This document shows positions 1 through 8,702 of a stretch of 38,614 nt of DNA, in pieces. Position 1 is the first letter of the stretch. Each line of letters begins with the position of its first letter. The DNA comes from Minisyncoccota bacterium. Its GTDB lineage: Bacteria > Patescibacteriota > Minisyncoccia > Phycocordibacterales > JAXHMZ01. Where the stretch lies: positions 1-38,614 of the forward strand of contig JBBDJZ010000008.1 of the NCBI GenBank assembly GCA_040879625.1. Reading direction: 5' to 3'. The notes under the pieces were generated by a model. That model was not told the origin of the DNA and did not search any database. It saw nothing but the letters and a program-made list of their open reading frames with translations. The translations under genes and the position numbers were made by a program.

Positions 1-240
1 AACAGCATATGAGACCTGTACCGTCCGTGTAACGGAAGATTCTCTCTTCGAGTGGTTTGCGTGAGAGAATCGAAAAGGTTGAGCATATCAGAGCGAGTCC
101 GCTTCGGACGAAGCGAGATGCGAAACCTGTACAGCTTCTGTAAGAAGCGATTCTCTCTATGGGCGAAGATTGGTCTCGCGAGCCGAACGAAGTGAGGACT
201 TGTGACCGATTCTCTCTACAAAAAACCGGCTCGCAAAGTA
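1..240. repeat. Non-coding, hairpin-dense region with a repeated module ACCTGTAC-(stem-TGTAA-stem)-GATTCTCTCT. Candidate structured RNA, possibly truncated by the window edge.
   Basis: Module copies lie at 14-48 and 125-158. Their stems differ (TCCG/CGGA versus GCTTC/GAAGC) but both pair around an identical TGTAA loop. A partial copy lies at 198-217. GAGAGAATC at 63-71 can pair with 39-47, and GCGAGCCG at 178-185 can pair with CGGCTCGC at 227-234. No credible ORF is present. Confidence 0.4.
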
Positions 241-302
241 TGTTTTTTATATTCTTCTCGTTCCTCTACGTAGCCACTGTTTTATTTTTCTTTGCTCTAC
301 AA

Positions 303-336
303 ACACAAAGCCACGACGGGTGTCGTGGCTTTGTGT
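303..336 (-). terminator. Perfect 15-bp hairpin downstream of hup
   Basis: ACACAAAGCCACGAC (303-317), loop GGGT, GTCGTGGCTTTGTGT (322-336). It lies 24 nt past the hup stop. The trailing U-tract is weak. Confidence 0.45.
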
Positions 337-359
337 AAGTGGAATAAAACAGGGTTTAT

Positions 360-632
360 TTATCGTACAGCATCCTTAAGTGCTTTTGCGGGGCGAAACT
401 TTGGAACCCGCATTGCTGGAACTTGTATCTTTTCTCCTGTTCGCGGGTTGCGCGCTTCGCGAGCCGCTCGTTCTTTAGCTGAAAAGATACCAAGTCCTGC
501 AATTGAAACTTCTCCTCCTCCTTTAAGGGTATCAGTAATGGTTGAGATTATTGTTTCAACAACCTCTTCTGCCTGCACTCGTGTTCCTCCAGTAACTTCC
601 TGAACTTTGCTTGTTAGATCTGATTTATTCAT
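360..632 (-). CDS. hup: HU/IHF-family DNA-binding protein
   Basis: 90 aa. Carries the typical HU sequence (MNKSDL...GFGxF-like GLGIFSAKERAAREARNPRTGEKIQVPA...). Confidence 0.93.
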   Translation of the reverse strand: MNKSDLTSKVQEVTGGTRVQAEEVVETIISTITDTLKGGGEVSIAGLGIFSAKERAAREARNPRTGEKIQVPAMRVPKFRPAKALKDAVR

Positions 633-753
633 AGTGAATTTGAGTAATTTTATAATGAGGCTTGAAACGCCGACGAGAAAGTCTGACTTTCGACCTGTCG
701 TTACTTCTACTTTCCCAAAAGCCCTTAATCAAGCCATACTTTCTCTGTTAACA

Positions 754-781
754 ATTATAGTATACACAGCAAACCGCGCAA
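754..781 (-). promoter_or_regulatory. Candidate hup promoter (TTGCGC-N16-TATAAT on the minus strand)
   Basis: The -35 is the reverse complement of 776-781 and the -10 is the reverse complement of 754-759. This leaves a leader of about 120 nt before the ATG at 632. Confidence 0.4.
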
Positions 782-802
782 GAGCCTTTTAACTAGCTCT
801 TT

Positions 803-2335
803 TTACCGAGCGTACTCGGTTACTCGAGCTTCACGAATAACGTTCACCTTTATTTCGCCAGGGTAGCGAAGCTCTCCTTCTATTTTGCGAGCAATTCCTT
901 TAGCAAGTTCGAGCGCCTGCAGATCTGTTACTTTTTCGGGGGTTACGAAGACTCGTATTTCACGGCCAGCTTGCAGGGCGTATGCTTTTTCTACCCCCTC
1001 AAATGTGAGCGCGATGTCCTCCAAATCACTAAGTCTTTTGAGATAATTGTCCACGGTGTCCTTTCTCGCTCCTGGCCGAGAAGCTGAAATACTGTCTGAA
1101 ACCTGAACAATTTTTGACTCGAGACTTTCAAATGGATATTCTTCGTGATGTGCCTGCATTGCAACAATAATTTCTTTTTTTGCTCCAAACTTTTCTAAAA
1201 TACGTTTTCCAATTTCAACATGAGAACCTTGCGCTTCATGGTCTATTGCCTTTCCAATGTCATGAACGAGACCTGCTGTTTTTGCAACCATGACATCGGC
1301 GCCAACTTCTTCAGCAATCATGCCCGAAAGGTGTGCAACTTCAATTGAGTGACTTAATACGTTTTGTCCGTAGCTACTTCGAAAGTGTAACCTTCCAAGA
1401 ATAGAGACAATGCGGCTATCCAAATTATAAATACCACACTCATACACCGCTTCTTCCCCGCGTTCTTTTATAACCTTGCTCACTTCTACTTCTGCTTTTA
1501 GAACCTCTTCTTCAATTTTAGTTGGTTGGATACGTCCGTCTCGAATCAGGTTTTCAAGTGCAATTTGAGCAACTTGTCTACGGACGGGATCAAAACTAGA
1601 GATGAGAATCGCATTTGGAGTATCGTCAATAATGAGCTCAACTCCAGCAACTTTTTCAAACGCTCGGATATTTCTACCTTCTTTTCCAATAATTTTACCC
1701 TTTATATCTTCGCTTTCGAGAGAGACAAGCGTAGACATAATTTCAGGCGCAATTGATTTTCCGAGTCTTTGTATTGTGCTTGTTAGTATCTCGCGTGCTT
1801 TTGTTTGAAAGCTTTCCTCGCCTGTTATTTCAAGTTTGTGCAAGCGATGAAGGATGTCTTCTTCCTTTTCTTTTGTGATAAGAGTTAGCATTTCATGCTC
1901 AGCTTCGCTTTGTGTCATTTCCGCAACATCCCCCAGTTTTTGCTTGAGTTCCTTTTCAAGAGCGCTAAGTGTCGCTGAATAATGTTCGATTTGTTCGGTT
2001 TTTTCTTTTAGTTCTGCACCGTCAGAATCAAGAATAAGTTGGCGCTTGTCGAGCAATTCCTCTCTTTTTATAAGTCTGTTTTCAGTTGTACGCGCCTTTT
2101 TTTCAACATCGTCTACGTCTCTCAGTGCTCGCTCTCTCACTTCGTCCGCTCTCCTTTGTGCATCAGCTAAAATATTCTTCGCTTCTTCTCGGGCGTTTAA
2201 AAGAATCTGCTTTACTTCAAGCTCCATAGATCCTTTTTTCCCAAGAGAGACAAGCAGTCGCAAAAAATAGCCCGCAGCGATGCCAATAACGAGCGCGAAT
2301 GACATATAAAGAATGAGAAGGGTGTCTTCAACCAT
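803..2335 (-). CDS. rny: Ribonuclease Y (N-terminal TM helix, KH domain, HD domain)
   Basis: KH motif GKEGRNIRAFE and HD motif LVHDIGKA. I place the start at the internal ATG at 2335 (MVEDTLLILY...). The longer ORF start at 2413 lies inside the clpP terminator hairpin. Confidence 0.9.
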   Translation of the reverse strand: MVEDTLLILYMSFALVIGIAAGYFLRLLVSLGKKGSMELEVKQILLNAREEAKNILADAQRRADEVRERALRDVDDVEKKARTTENRLIKREELLDKRQLILDSDGAELKEKTEQIEHYSATLSALEKELKQKLGDVAEMTQSEAEHEMLTLITKEKEEDILHRLHKLEITGEESFQTKAREILTSTIQRLGKSIAPEIMSTLVSLESEDIKGKIIGKEGRNIRAFEKVAGVELIIDDTPNAILISSFDPVRRQVAQIALENLIRDGRIQPTKIEEEVLKAEVEVSKVIKERGEEAVYECGIYNLDSRIVSILGRLHFRSSYGQNVLSHSIEVAHLSGMIAEEVGADVMVAKTAGLVHDIGKAIDHEAQGSHVEIGKRILEKFGAKKEIIVAMQAHHEEYPFESLESKIVQVSDSISASRPGARKDTVDNYLKRLSDLEDIALTFEGVEKAYALQAGREIRVFVTPEKVTDLQALELAKGIARKIEGELRYPGEIKVNVIREARVTEYAR

Positions 2336-2401
2336 GATAGTTCGTATGTACTCTCCTATAATAGGGAATTTAAGGCGCTCTGTCGAACCAGAGTCCGATT
2401 T

Positions 2402-2431
2402 AAAAGGCTTCACCGTAAAGTGAAGCCTTTT
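2402..2431 (-). terminator. Intrinsic terminator downstream of clpP
   Basis: AAAAGGCTTCAC (2402-2413) pairs with GTGAAGCCTTTT (2420-2431) as a perfect 12-bp stem. The stem ends in a U-run on the minus strand. Confidence 0.6.
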
Positions 2432-2449
2432 AAAAACGGAAAGAAAAAT

Positions 2450-3043
2450 CTATTTTTTCAACAGGGGTTTGACAAGTACGCTGTCAATAAGGCCGTATTT
2501 CTTAGCTTCTTCGGCATCCATAAAAAAATCTCTTTCTACGTCGGCCTGTATTTTCTCAATTTTTTGACCAGTTCGTTCAGCGAGAATCTTATTAATTGTT
2601 TCTCGAGTACGAATAATATGTCGCGCGGTAATCTCAATGTCCGTCGCTTGACCTCCAACATTTGAAACCCATGGCTGATGGATCATTACCTCTGCATTTG
2701 GAAGGGCAGAACGCTTTCCTGGTGTTCCTGCTGCTAAAATAACAGCCCCCATAGAAGCAGCGAGACCAACGCATGTCGTTGCAACCTCTGCGTTAATGTG
2801 ATGCATGGTATCAACAATTGCAAGACCCGCTGTCGTTGATCCTCCGGGAGAATTTACATAGAGGTTGATATCTTTTTTCGGGTCTTCTTTTTCGAGAAAG
2901 AGAAGTTGCGCAATAATAGTATTCGCTACAGCGTCGTCTATTGCCCCACCCAAGAAAATAATACGATCTTTTAAGAGGCGTGAGTAAATATCATACGCTC
3001 GTTCTCCGAACTGTTCTTTTTCAATGACTGTTGGTATAAGCAT
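2450..3043 (-). CDS. clpP: ATP-dependent Clp protease proteolytic subunit
   Basis: 197 aa. Canonical S14 motifs NSPGG, AASMG (Ser), MIHQP (His) and ERD (Asp). Confidence 0.95.
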   Translation of the reverse strand: MLIPTVIEKEQFGERAYDIYSRLLKDRIIFLGGAIDDAVANTIIAQLLFLEKEDPKKDINLYVNSPGGSTTAGLAIVDTMHHINAEVATTCVGLAASMGAVILAAGTPGKRSALPNAEVMIHQPWVSNVGGQATDIEITARHIIRTRETINKILAERTGQKIEKIQADVERDFFMDAEEAKKYGLIDSVLVKPLLKK

Positions 3044-3084
3044 GGTGTTAATGGTACGAATCCTTGGGGTGAAGTCAAGAATAG

Positions 3085-4167
3085 TTACTTTTGATTTTCT
3101 AGATATGTAAACACACTTGCGTTAGCAAGCTGTGTTTCCACGTATATTTCTGCTCGTTCTTTATCAGCGGTCGGGTTGTGTTCTAAGAGATGAGAAACTT
3201 GATGGTCAACCTCCTCTTTCTTTGGGGTAAGATTTTCAACTGTCGCAATCTTATTAAGAATAAGTTGCATTTTAGCCCTGTTTTCTGCGTGGGGCCTCCA
3301 TTCTTTTAGCAGTTCTTCTACCGTTTTTCCCGCCTGAGTAAGATACTCTTCTAGCTTTAATCCTGACGCTGAAACATCTGCAGTAAACTGCGCCATCATA
3401 CTTTGAAGTTCGCTCTCAATAATCATGGTTGGAAGGGTAATTGTTGATTCCTCAAGAATTTTTTCCATAAGAGCCAAGCGGTGTTTTTCGTTAGCTTGGT
3501 TTTCTTTGTGTTTTTTCAAATCTTCTCGAACTGTTTGTGTGAATTCCTCGACCGTTTTCATTGAAGAAATTTTTTGCACCTTTTCGTCATCAAGAGGGGA
3601 TGGCTCATCAGTCTCTTTTGGTTCCTCGTTCTTGTTCTCGCTTGTTTCTTTTAAAGCCTCGGTTTCCTCTCCTTGATTTTCACGCCTATCAAGTTCTTTT
3701 CTTACTTCAAGTAGTGCGCGCCGAACCTCACCTTCGTCAAGTATCACCTCGCCTTTTGTACGGTTCAGTTCTTGCGCAATTTTTTTATAGTCTCCGATTT
3801 CTACTGCGGGCATGAGGGGCGTTTGAATCCTGAATTCAACAGGGTTGCCGGGCGCAATTTTGGTAAAACGTACCTCCGGTCGTCCAAATATTTCAAGCTT
3901 TTTTTCACGAATAATCGAGGGGTAAAGCTCGTTTAGTGTGCGGGTTGCAACTTCTTCTAGAAGCGCTGTTTCTGAAACGTGCTTCTTGATGACCGCTTCT
4001 GGTATCGAGCCTTTTCGAAAACCATCAAGAGAGAGGTTTTCAGAGAAGAACTGCAAAGCAGAATCCTTGTGCTTCTCGAGGGTGTCAAGTGAAAGGGTCC
4101 CTGTTATTACCGCTTCGTTATGCTCATTTGTTTCTACGGTTATGTTGTTCTCTGTAATGATTGACAT
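3085..4167 (-). CDS. tig: Trigger factor lacking the central FKBP-type PPIase domain
   Basis: The N-terminal ribosome-binding signature GFRKGSIP and a C-terminal TF domain are present. An acidic linker sits where the PPIase domain is expected. Start chosen at ATG 4167 (MSIITENN...). The tig-clpP adjacency is conserved. Confidence 0.8.
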   Translation of the reverse strand: MSIITENNITVETNEHNEAVITGTLSLDTLEKHKDSALQFFSENLSLDGFRKGSIPEAVIKKHVSETALLEEVATRTLNELYPSIIREKKLEIFGRPEVRFTKIAPGNPVEFRIQTPLMPAVEIGDYKKIAQELNRTKGEVILDEGEVRRALLEVRKELDRRENQGEETEALKETSENKNEEPKETDEPSPLDDEKVQKISSMKTVEEFTQTVREDLKKHKENQANEKHRLALMEKILEESTITLPTMIIESELQSMMAQFTADVSASGLKLEEYLTQAGKTVEELLKEWRPHAENRAKMQLILNKIATVENLTPKKEEVDHQVSHLLEHNPTADKERAEIYVETQLANASVFTYLENQK

Positions 4168-4304
4168 GGTAATTAAATTAAGCCAAAAGCATACTATACG
4201 CATTTGAGGAGTTTCGTGCAAATGAGCACGCTCAACTCTGAAAGAAAGCAGATAAAAGACACCGCCACTTGGACGTTCTGCTGCTTTGCATTCTTGCGTT
4301 TTGA

Positions 4305-4697
4305 CTACTCAACAGACTCAGCATCAAAGTTGCTTTCTGAGTCTACCTCTCTATTTTCGAAACCTTCGAGTGCGTCAAGTTCTGCGTTGAGATTTTCCGA
4401 GTCGTCGATCTGCTCGCTTTCCTCAGAAAGAAGCGATTCTGATGGTTCTTCAGAAGTGTTGTTGCTCGTTTGAATAGAGCTTAGTTGATTACCATAGACG
4501 TATAAGCCTGCGAGGATAAGCAGTGCAAACAGAATGACCGTTCCAATAATTGCCCCTATAGGATTATGGTGTGGTTCTCGGGGGCTAAACTCAGGAGGGG
4601 TTTCTTTATTGGGAGAAGTGGTGTCTTCTTTATGTTGCTCGATATCCTCACTTGAATGGTTCTCATATTCCTTCATAGTATACTCAGTATATCCCAT
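4305..4697 (-). CDS. Hypothetical single-pass membrane protein with acidic termini
   Basis: 130 aa with one hydrophobic helix (IGAIIGTVILFALLILAGLYVYG) flanked by Glu/Ser/Asp-rich segments. I recognise no family. Confidence 0.45.
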   Translation of the reverse strand: MGYTEYTMKEYENHSSEDIEQHKEDTTSPNKETPPEFSPREPHHNPIGAIIGTVILFALLILAGLYVYGNQLSSIQTSNNTSEEPSESLLSEESEQIDDSENLNAELDALEGFENREVDSESNFDAESVE

Positions 4698-4755
4698 TCA
4701 AATAAAAAACTATCAACAGTGATAGTTTAATAAAGCACGCTCGTTTGCTCACTAT

Positions 4756-5301
4756 TTACTTGCTAAACTTTTGCTCGTAGAGTTTGACTGATTTTGTAAC
4801 AGCAGTAAGCGCCTCCTCTTTTCCGAGAATTCTTCTTATTTCAACGTGTTCAGTCACCGCTTTTTCGTCTTTAAGAATCTTGTAGGTTTCAAAAAAATGC
4901 TGAAACTCTCGCAGTGTATGCGGATTTAGGTCTTGGAGGTCGTGAATATACTCGAACCGTCTGTCATACACCGGAACCCCAATCACTTTGAAATCACTTT
5001 CTCCAGAATCAATCATTTCAATAACCGCAACGGGGCGAACCTTAACAAGGATGCCGGGATGAAGTGGATAGGTGGTGAGTACGATAACGTCAAGTGGGTC
5101 GTTGTCTTCCCACAGTGTCTGAGGAGCAAATCCATAGTCAAATGGAAATGAGGCAGAAGAGTAGTTTGCTCTATTAAGTGCAATAAGCCCTGTTTCTTTG
5201 TCAATTTCGTATTTGTTATTTGAGCCGCGCGGAATTTCAATAACAACGTTAATTTCATTAGGTGCCGTCTCACCGAGAGGCGTGTCGTGCCAAAGGTTCA
5301 T
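4756..5301 (-). CDS. ppa: Inorganic pyrophosphatase (family I)
   Basis: 181 aa. Contains VVIEIPRGSNNKYEID and a DPLDVIVL-type motif. Confidence 0.93.
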   Translation of the reverse strand: MNLWHDTPLGETAPNEINVVIEIPRGSNNKYEIDKETGLIALNRANYSSASFPFDYGFAPQTLWEDNDPLDVIVLTTYPLHPGILVKVRPVAVIEMIDSGESDFKVIGVPVYDRRFEYIHDLQDLNPHTLREFQHFFETYKILKDEKAVTEHVEIRRILGKEEALTAVTKSVKLYEQKFSK

Positions 5302-5394
5302 ATGTGTTGATAAATGTTACGAATAAAAAAGCTGAAACCTTGTTCAAGGAGAATGAATCTCTATGAAGAAAAGTGTTCTTATTGGGGGCACTAC

Positions 5395-6735
5395 TTACTC
5401 AGGTTTGTTCTCTGGGTCGCTCTCGTGATCTGTTTTCTCTGTCTCATCAGGAGTAACTATCGTTTCCGCTGAATCGCTTTCTTTGTCTACTGCCTCAATG
5501 AAAGCATGTTCACCATCATCCTCAAGAGCTTCTTTTTCTACTGGGGTTGTACCACTGTCGTTTGCAGGTACTGCTGTTTCCACCTCTTCTTGTCCATCGT
5601 CACCCACTGAATGAATTTCAATTTTCCATCCAGTAAGTTTTGCTGCAAGTCGAACGTTTTGGCCGCCCTTCCCAATAGCAAGCGACTGCTGATCCGGGGA
5701 CACTTCTACAAATGCTTTATTTTCTTCCTCGTTTATTTCGACCGAGAGAACGGAAGCTGGGGAGAGTGCGTCTTCAATAAATTTGTGTAAACTTTCTGAC
5801 CACTCAACAATATCTATTTTTTCACCTCCTAGTTCAGACATAACCGTAGAGACGCGCACCCCTCGTTGACCCACAAGGGATCCAACAGGATCAACGTTTG
5901 GGTCGTTAGAAAAAACAGCAATTTTTGAACGTGAGCCTGGCTCTCGTGCAATTGCGGTTATTTCAACAGTACCCGTTGCTACTTCAGGGGATTCTGCTTT
6001 AAAAAGTTCTCTTAAAAAGTCGGGGTGAGAACGGGACAAGCGCAGGAAAACACCTCGCCCGCCTTCTTCTACAACGTAGAGGAGTGCGCGTATTCGTTCA
6101 CCTTGTCGGAAGCGTTCTCCTGGAATCTGATCATCCCATCCAATAATTCCTACAGTTCGTCCCAAATCAACAAAAACTGAACCCCTCTCAACTCGTTGAA
6201 CAGTGCCGGAGACAATAGTTCCTTGCTTCTCTCCAAAATCTCCCATAACGGCGACCTTTTCTGCTTCGCGAATTTTCTGAATAATAACTTGCTTTGCAGT
6301 TTGAGCAGCAATCCGTCCATAGTCATCTTTTTTCTCCAGAGGGAAAACAATTTCTTCATCTAACTCTGCGTCTTTTTTTATTTTTCGAGCATCCTCAATA
6401 AAAATGTGGTGCTCAGGGTTGTATCTGCTCCGCAAGTCTTCCTCACCAGCTTCGTTTTTAGGAAGTTCTTCTTCCGCTTCGGTGGGCTCACCCTCTTCGT
6501 CCGTTTCAACGATTCGCACTGTTGAGTCGTCAACAACAATCTTTACTTGAAAAAACTCAACGTCCCCGGCATCAAGGTTGAACTGTGCTCGAACAATTTG
6601 TCCACGTTTTCCGTATTCTTTTTTGTAAGCAGTTGCAAGGGCAAATTCAATCGCCTCTATAACGCTCGCTCGTGGAATTCCTCGCTCGTCTTCCAATTCA
6701 CCAAGAACTGAATTGATTACTTTTAGATCAAACAT
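5395..6735 (-). CDS. nusA: Transcription termination/antitermination factor NusA with an acidic C-terminal tail
   Basis: Contains the N-terminal domain, an S1 domain (GTIVSGTVQRVERGSVFVDLG) and two KH domains (GQRGVRV, GKGGQNVRLA). Confidence 0.93.
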   Translation of the reverse strand: MFDLKVINSVLGELEDERGIPRASVIEAIEFALATAYKKEYGKRGQIVRAQFNLDAGDVEFFQVKIVVDDSTVRIVETDEEGEPTEAEEELPKNEAGEEDLRSRYNPEHHIFIEDARKIKKDAELDEEIVFPLEKKDDYGRIAAQTAKQVIIQKIREAEKVAVMGDFGEKQGTIVSGTVQRVERGSVFVDLGRTVGIIGWDDQIPGERFRQGERIRALLYVVEEGGRGVFLRLSRSHPDFLRELFKAESPEVATGTVEITAIAREPGSRSKIAVFSNDPNVDPVGSLVGQRGVRVSTVMSELGGEKIDIVEWSESLHKFIEDALSPASVLSVEINEEENKAFVEVSPDQQSLAIGKGGQNVRLAAKLTGWKIEIHSVGDDGQEEVETAVPANDSGTTPVEKEALEDDGEHAFIEAVDKESDSAETIVTPDETEKTDHESDPENKPE

Positions 6736-6761
6736 ATGTGATTTTTTGATTTTTAATAAAG

Positions 6762-6783
6762 AAAAAGCCCGTTATAGACGGGT
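6762..6783 (-). promoter_or_regulatory. Terminator-like hairpin inside the nusA 5' leader (possible attenuator)
   Basis: On the minus strand, CCCGU-CUAUA-ACGGG is followed by CUUUUUCUUU, about 25 nt upstream of the nusA ATG. Confidence 0.35.
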
Positions 6784-6819
6784 TACAATGCATACTATTC
6801 ATTCATTTCTGATACTTTT

Positions 6820-6847
6820 AGTATAATCAATATTCCAGGTCTGTCAA
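6820..6847 (-). promoter_or_regulatory. nusA promoter TTGACA-N16-TATACT
   Basis: The -35 is the reverse complement of 6842-6847 and the -10 is the reverse complement of 6820-6825. Confidence 0.55.
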
Positions 6848-6883
6848 TCGTGCACTGTTACATAACTGAAACGCCTCTATTTC

Positions 6884-6901
6884 AAAAAAAAAAGGGGGGG
6901 G
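6884..6901. repeat. Homopolymer pair A10 G8 between the divergent nusA and pilB promoters
   Basis: Direct count gives A at 6884-6893 and G at 6894-6901. Confidence 0.95.
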
Positions 6902-6927
6902 AAGTACACAGTGTGTAGGGAAAATTT

Positions 6928-6936
6928 TGGTATACT
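6928..6936 (+). promoter_or_regulatory. Extended -10 element TGgTATACT for the pilus operon
   Basis: TGGTATACT at 6928-6936 lies 11 nt before the ATG at 6948. No SD is present. Confidence 0.5.
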
Positions 6937-6947
6937 ATGAAGACGAT

Positions 6948-8699
6948 ATGCACCTTACCTCAGATCAGTTAAAAAACTTTCTTAAAGACACTCACATTGT
7001 TACTCCTCGCGACCTTGACGAAGCCGAAGGTGTCGCGCGAAAAAAGTCGATTTCACTCGGAGCTGCGCTTCTTGATACCGGACTTATTACGGAAGAAGAT
7101 TTACGACGGGTAAAGGCGAACATTCTAGGTATTTCTTTTGTAAATCTAGAAAATCAAGTAATTGAGAAAGAGATTTTGCGTCTCATTCCCGAGCCGATTG
7201 CTCGTACACATAATATTGTTTCCTTTAAAAAAACAGATACGACGCTTGAGGTTGCAATGCTTGACGTAGACGACCTGGCTGCAATTGGTTTTATAAAAAA
7301 GAAGACGGGCCTTAAAATTTTACCTCGCATAACCAATGCGCCTTCAATTAAATATGCACTTCAGCTGTATCAAAAGGATCTTAAAACAGAGTTCGGAGAT
7401 ATCTTAGAAAAAGAAGCCTCCCAGCTTAAAACTATTTCTCAGGAGGAGGGCTCGGAAATGAGCGAGGGAGATCTTAAAAAGCTTGCAGAAGAGCTACCTG
7501 TTGTGCGCGTTGTTGAAACACTCTTGAAGCATGCAATCATTCAGGGGGCATCAGACATTCATATAGAACCAATGGAAACGCAGCTTTTGGTCCGCTATAG
7601 AATTGATGGACTGTTGCACGACGCAATGGTGTTGCCTAAAACAGTCGCTCCAAACATAACTGCACGTATAAAGGTTCTTTCAAACCTGAAGCTTGACGAA
7701 AAGCGCCTTCCTCAAGACGGAAGATTTAAAGTAGAGAACGATACCGAAAAAGTAAGTTTTCGAGTTTCAATCCTACCCACGTCGTTTGGTGAGAAGACGG
7801 TCATGCGTCTTCTTCGCGAAAGCTCTGAAGGATTTACACTTGAAGGACTTGGGTTTCATGGTGAATCGCTTGAGCGGATTTATGCAGCAACAAAGCAGAC
7901 CACGGGGCTTATTTTGACCACTGGACCAACCGGGTCTGGTAAAACAACGACGCTCTATACGGTCCTCGATATTTTAAACACGCCTGAGGTTAATATTTCA
8001 ACCGTTGAAGATCCGGTTGAGTATCAAATGCCTCGGATTAATCAGACGCAAGTGCGTCCAGACATCGGTTTTACGTTTAGTGTAGGATTGCGAACGCTCG
8101 TTCGTCAAGATCCAGATATTATTATGGTTGGAGAGATTCGTGACACAGAAACTGCTAATCTTGCAGTAAATGCGTCCCTGACTGGACACCTTGTCCTCTC
8201 GACGCTTCACACGAACTCAGCAGCTGGAGCAATTCCGCGTTTGGTCGATATGAAAATTGAGCCATTTTTGATTGTTTCAACCATAAAGGTGATAATTGGT
8301 CAGCGACTCGTCCGTCGTCTGTGCGATAACAAAGAAAAGTATTTTTTGACTTCTGAGGAAATCATGAAGCTTGGAGAAACCGTTGACCTCGATCGTATTC
8401 TCACATTTTTAAAGGCAGAGCGCGCCGTTGGAGAAGATGCCAGTTGGGAGAAAATTCCGTTTTATCGACCAAAAGAAAGTAAGGACTGTGAAGACGGATA
8501 TGGGGGGCGAGTTGGTATTCACGAGGTTCTTCATGTTAATTCAGCAATTCGAGAGCTTGTCATGAAAGAAGCCACATCAGAAGATATAGAGGCCCAGGCA
8601 AAAAAGGACGGTATGATGACCATGATTGAAGATGGAATCTTTAAGGCAGTACAGGGACTTACAACCATAGAGGAGGTGCTCCGTGTTATCTCAGAATAA
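6948..8699 (+). CDS. pilB: Type IV pilus / T2SS assembly ATPase (PilB/GspE family)
   Basis: Has a GSPII_E N-terminal-like domain, Walker A GPTGSGKTTT and the Asp/His boxes. The TTG start in the ORF track (6927) overlaps the -10, so ATG 6948 is preferred. Confidence 0.9.
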   Translation: MHLTSDQLKNFLKDTHIVTPRDLDEAEGVARKKSISLGAALLDTGLITEEDLRRVKANILGISFVNLENQVIEKEILRLIPEPIARTHNIVSFKKTDTTLEVAMLDVDDLAAIGFIKKKTGLKILPRITNAPSIKYALQLYQKDLKTEFGDILEKEASQLKTISQEEGSEMSEGDLKKLAEELPVVRVVETLLKHAIIQGASDIHIEPMETQLLVRYRIDGLLHDAMVLPKTVAPNITARIKVLSNLKLDEKRLPQDGRFKVENDTEKVSFRVSILPTSFGEKTVMRLLRESSEGFTLEGLGFHGESLERIYAATKQTTGLILTTGPTGSGKTTTLYTVLDILNTPEVNISTVEDPVEYQMPRINQTQVRPDIGFTFSVGLRTLVRQDPDIIMVGEIRDTETANLAVNASLTGHLVLSTLHTNSAAGAIPRLVDMKIEPFLIVSTIKVIIGQRLVRRLCDNKEKYFLTSEEIMKLGETVDLDRILTFLKAERAVGEDASWEKIPFYRPKESKDCEDGYGGRVGIHEVLHVNSAIRELVMKEATSEDIEAQAKKDGMMTMIEDGIFKAVQGLTTIEEVLRVISE

Positions 8700-8702
8700 A
8701 AT

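Noticed and set aside
1-240. CRISPR array or 5S rRNA. The GATTCTCTC repeats suggested the former, and a CCGAAC-GAAGTGA string at 183-196 resembles part of 5S rRNA.
   Set aside because: The repeats are too short and irregularly spaced, and one is inverted. The stems between the conserved flanks co-vary, which is not CRISPR-like. The 5S-like string lacks the flanking helices and the expected length.
2336-2413. The longer N-terminus of rny starting at 2413.
   Set aside because: That start lies inside the clpP terminator hairpin (2402-2431). A promoter-like TTCGAC-N18-TATTAT lies between it and the ATG at 2335, and the TM helix begins right after 2335.
6927-6947. The TTG start for pilB given by the ORF track.
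   Set aside because: The TTG overlaps the extended -10 element TGGTATACT. The ATG at 6948 fits the leaderless pattern seen at other genes.
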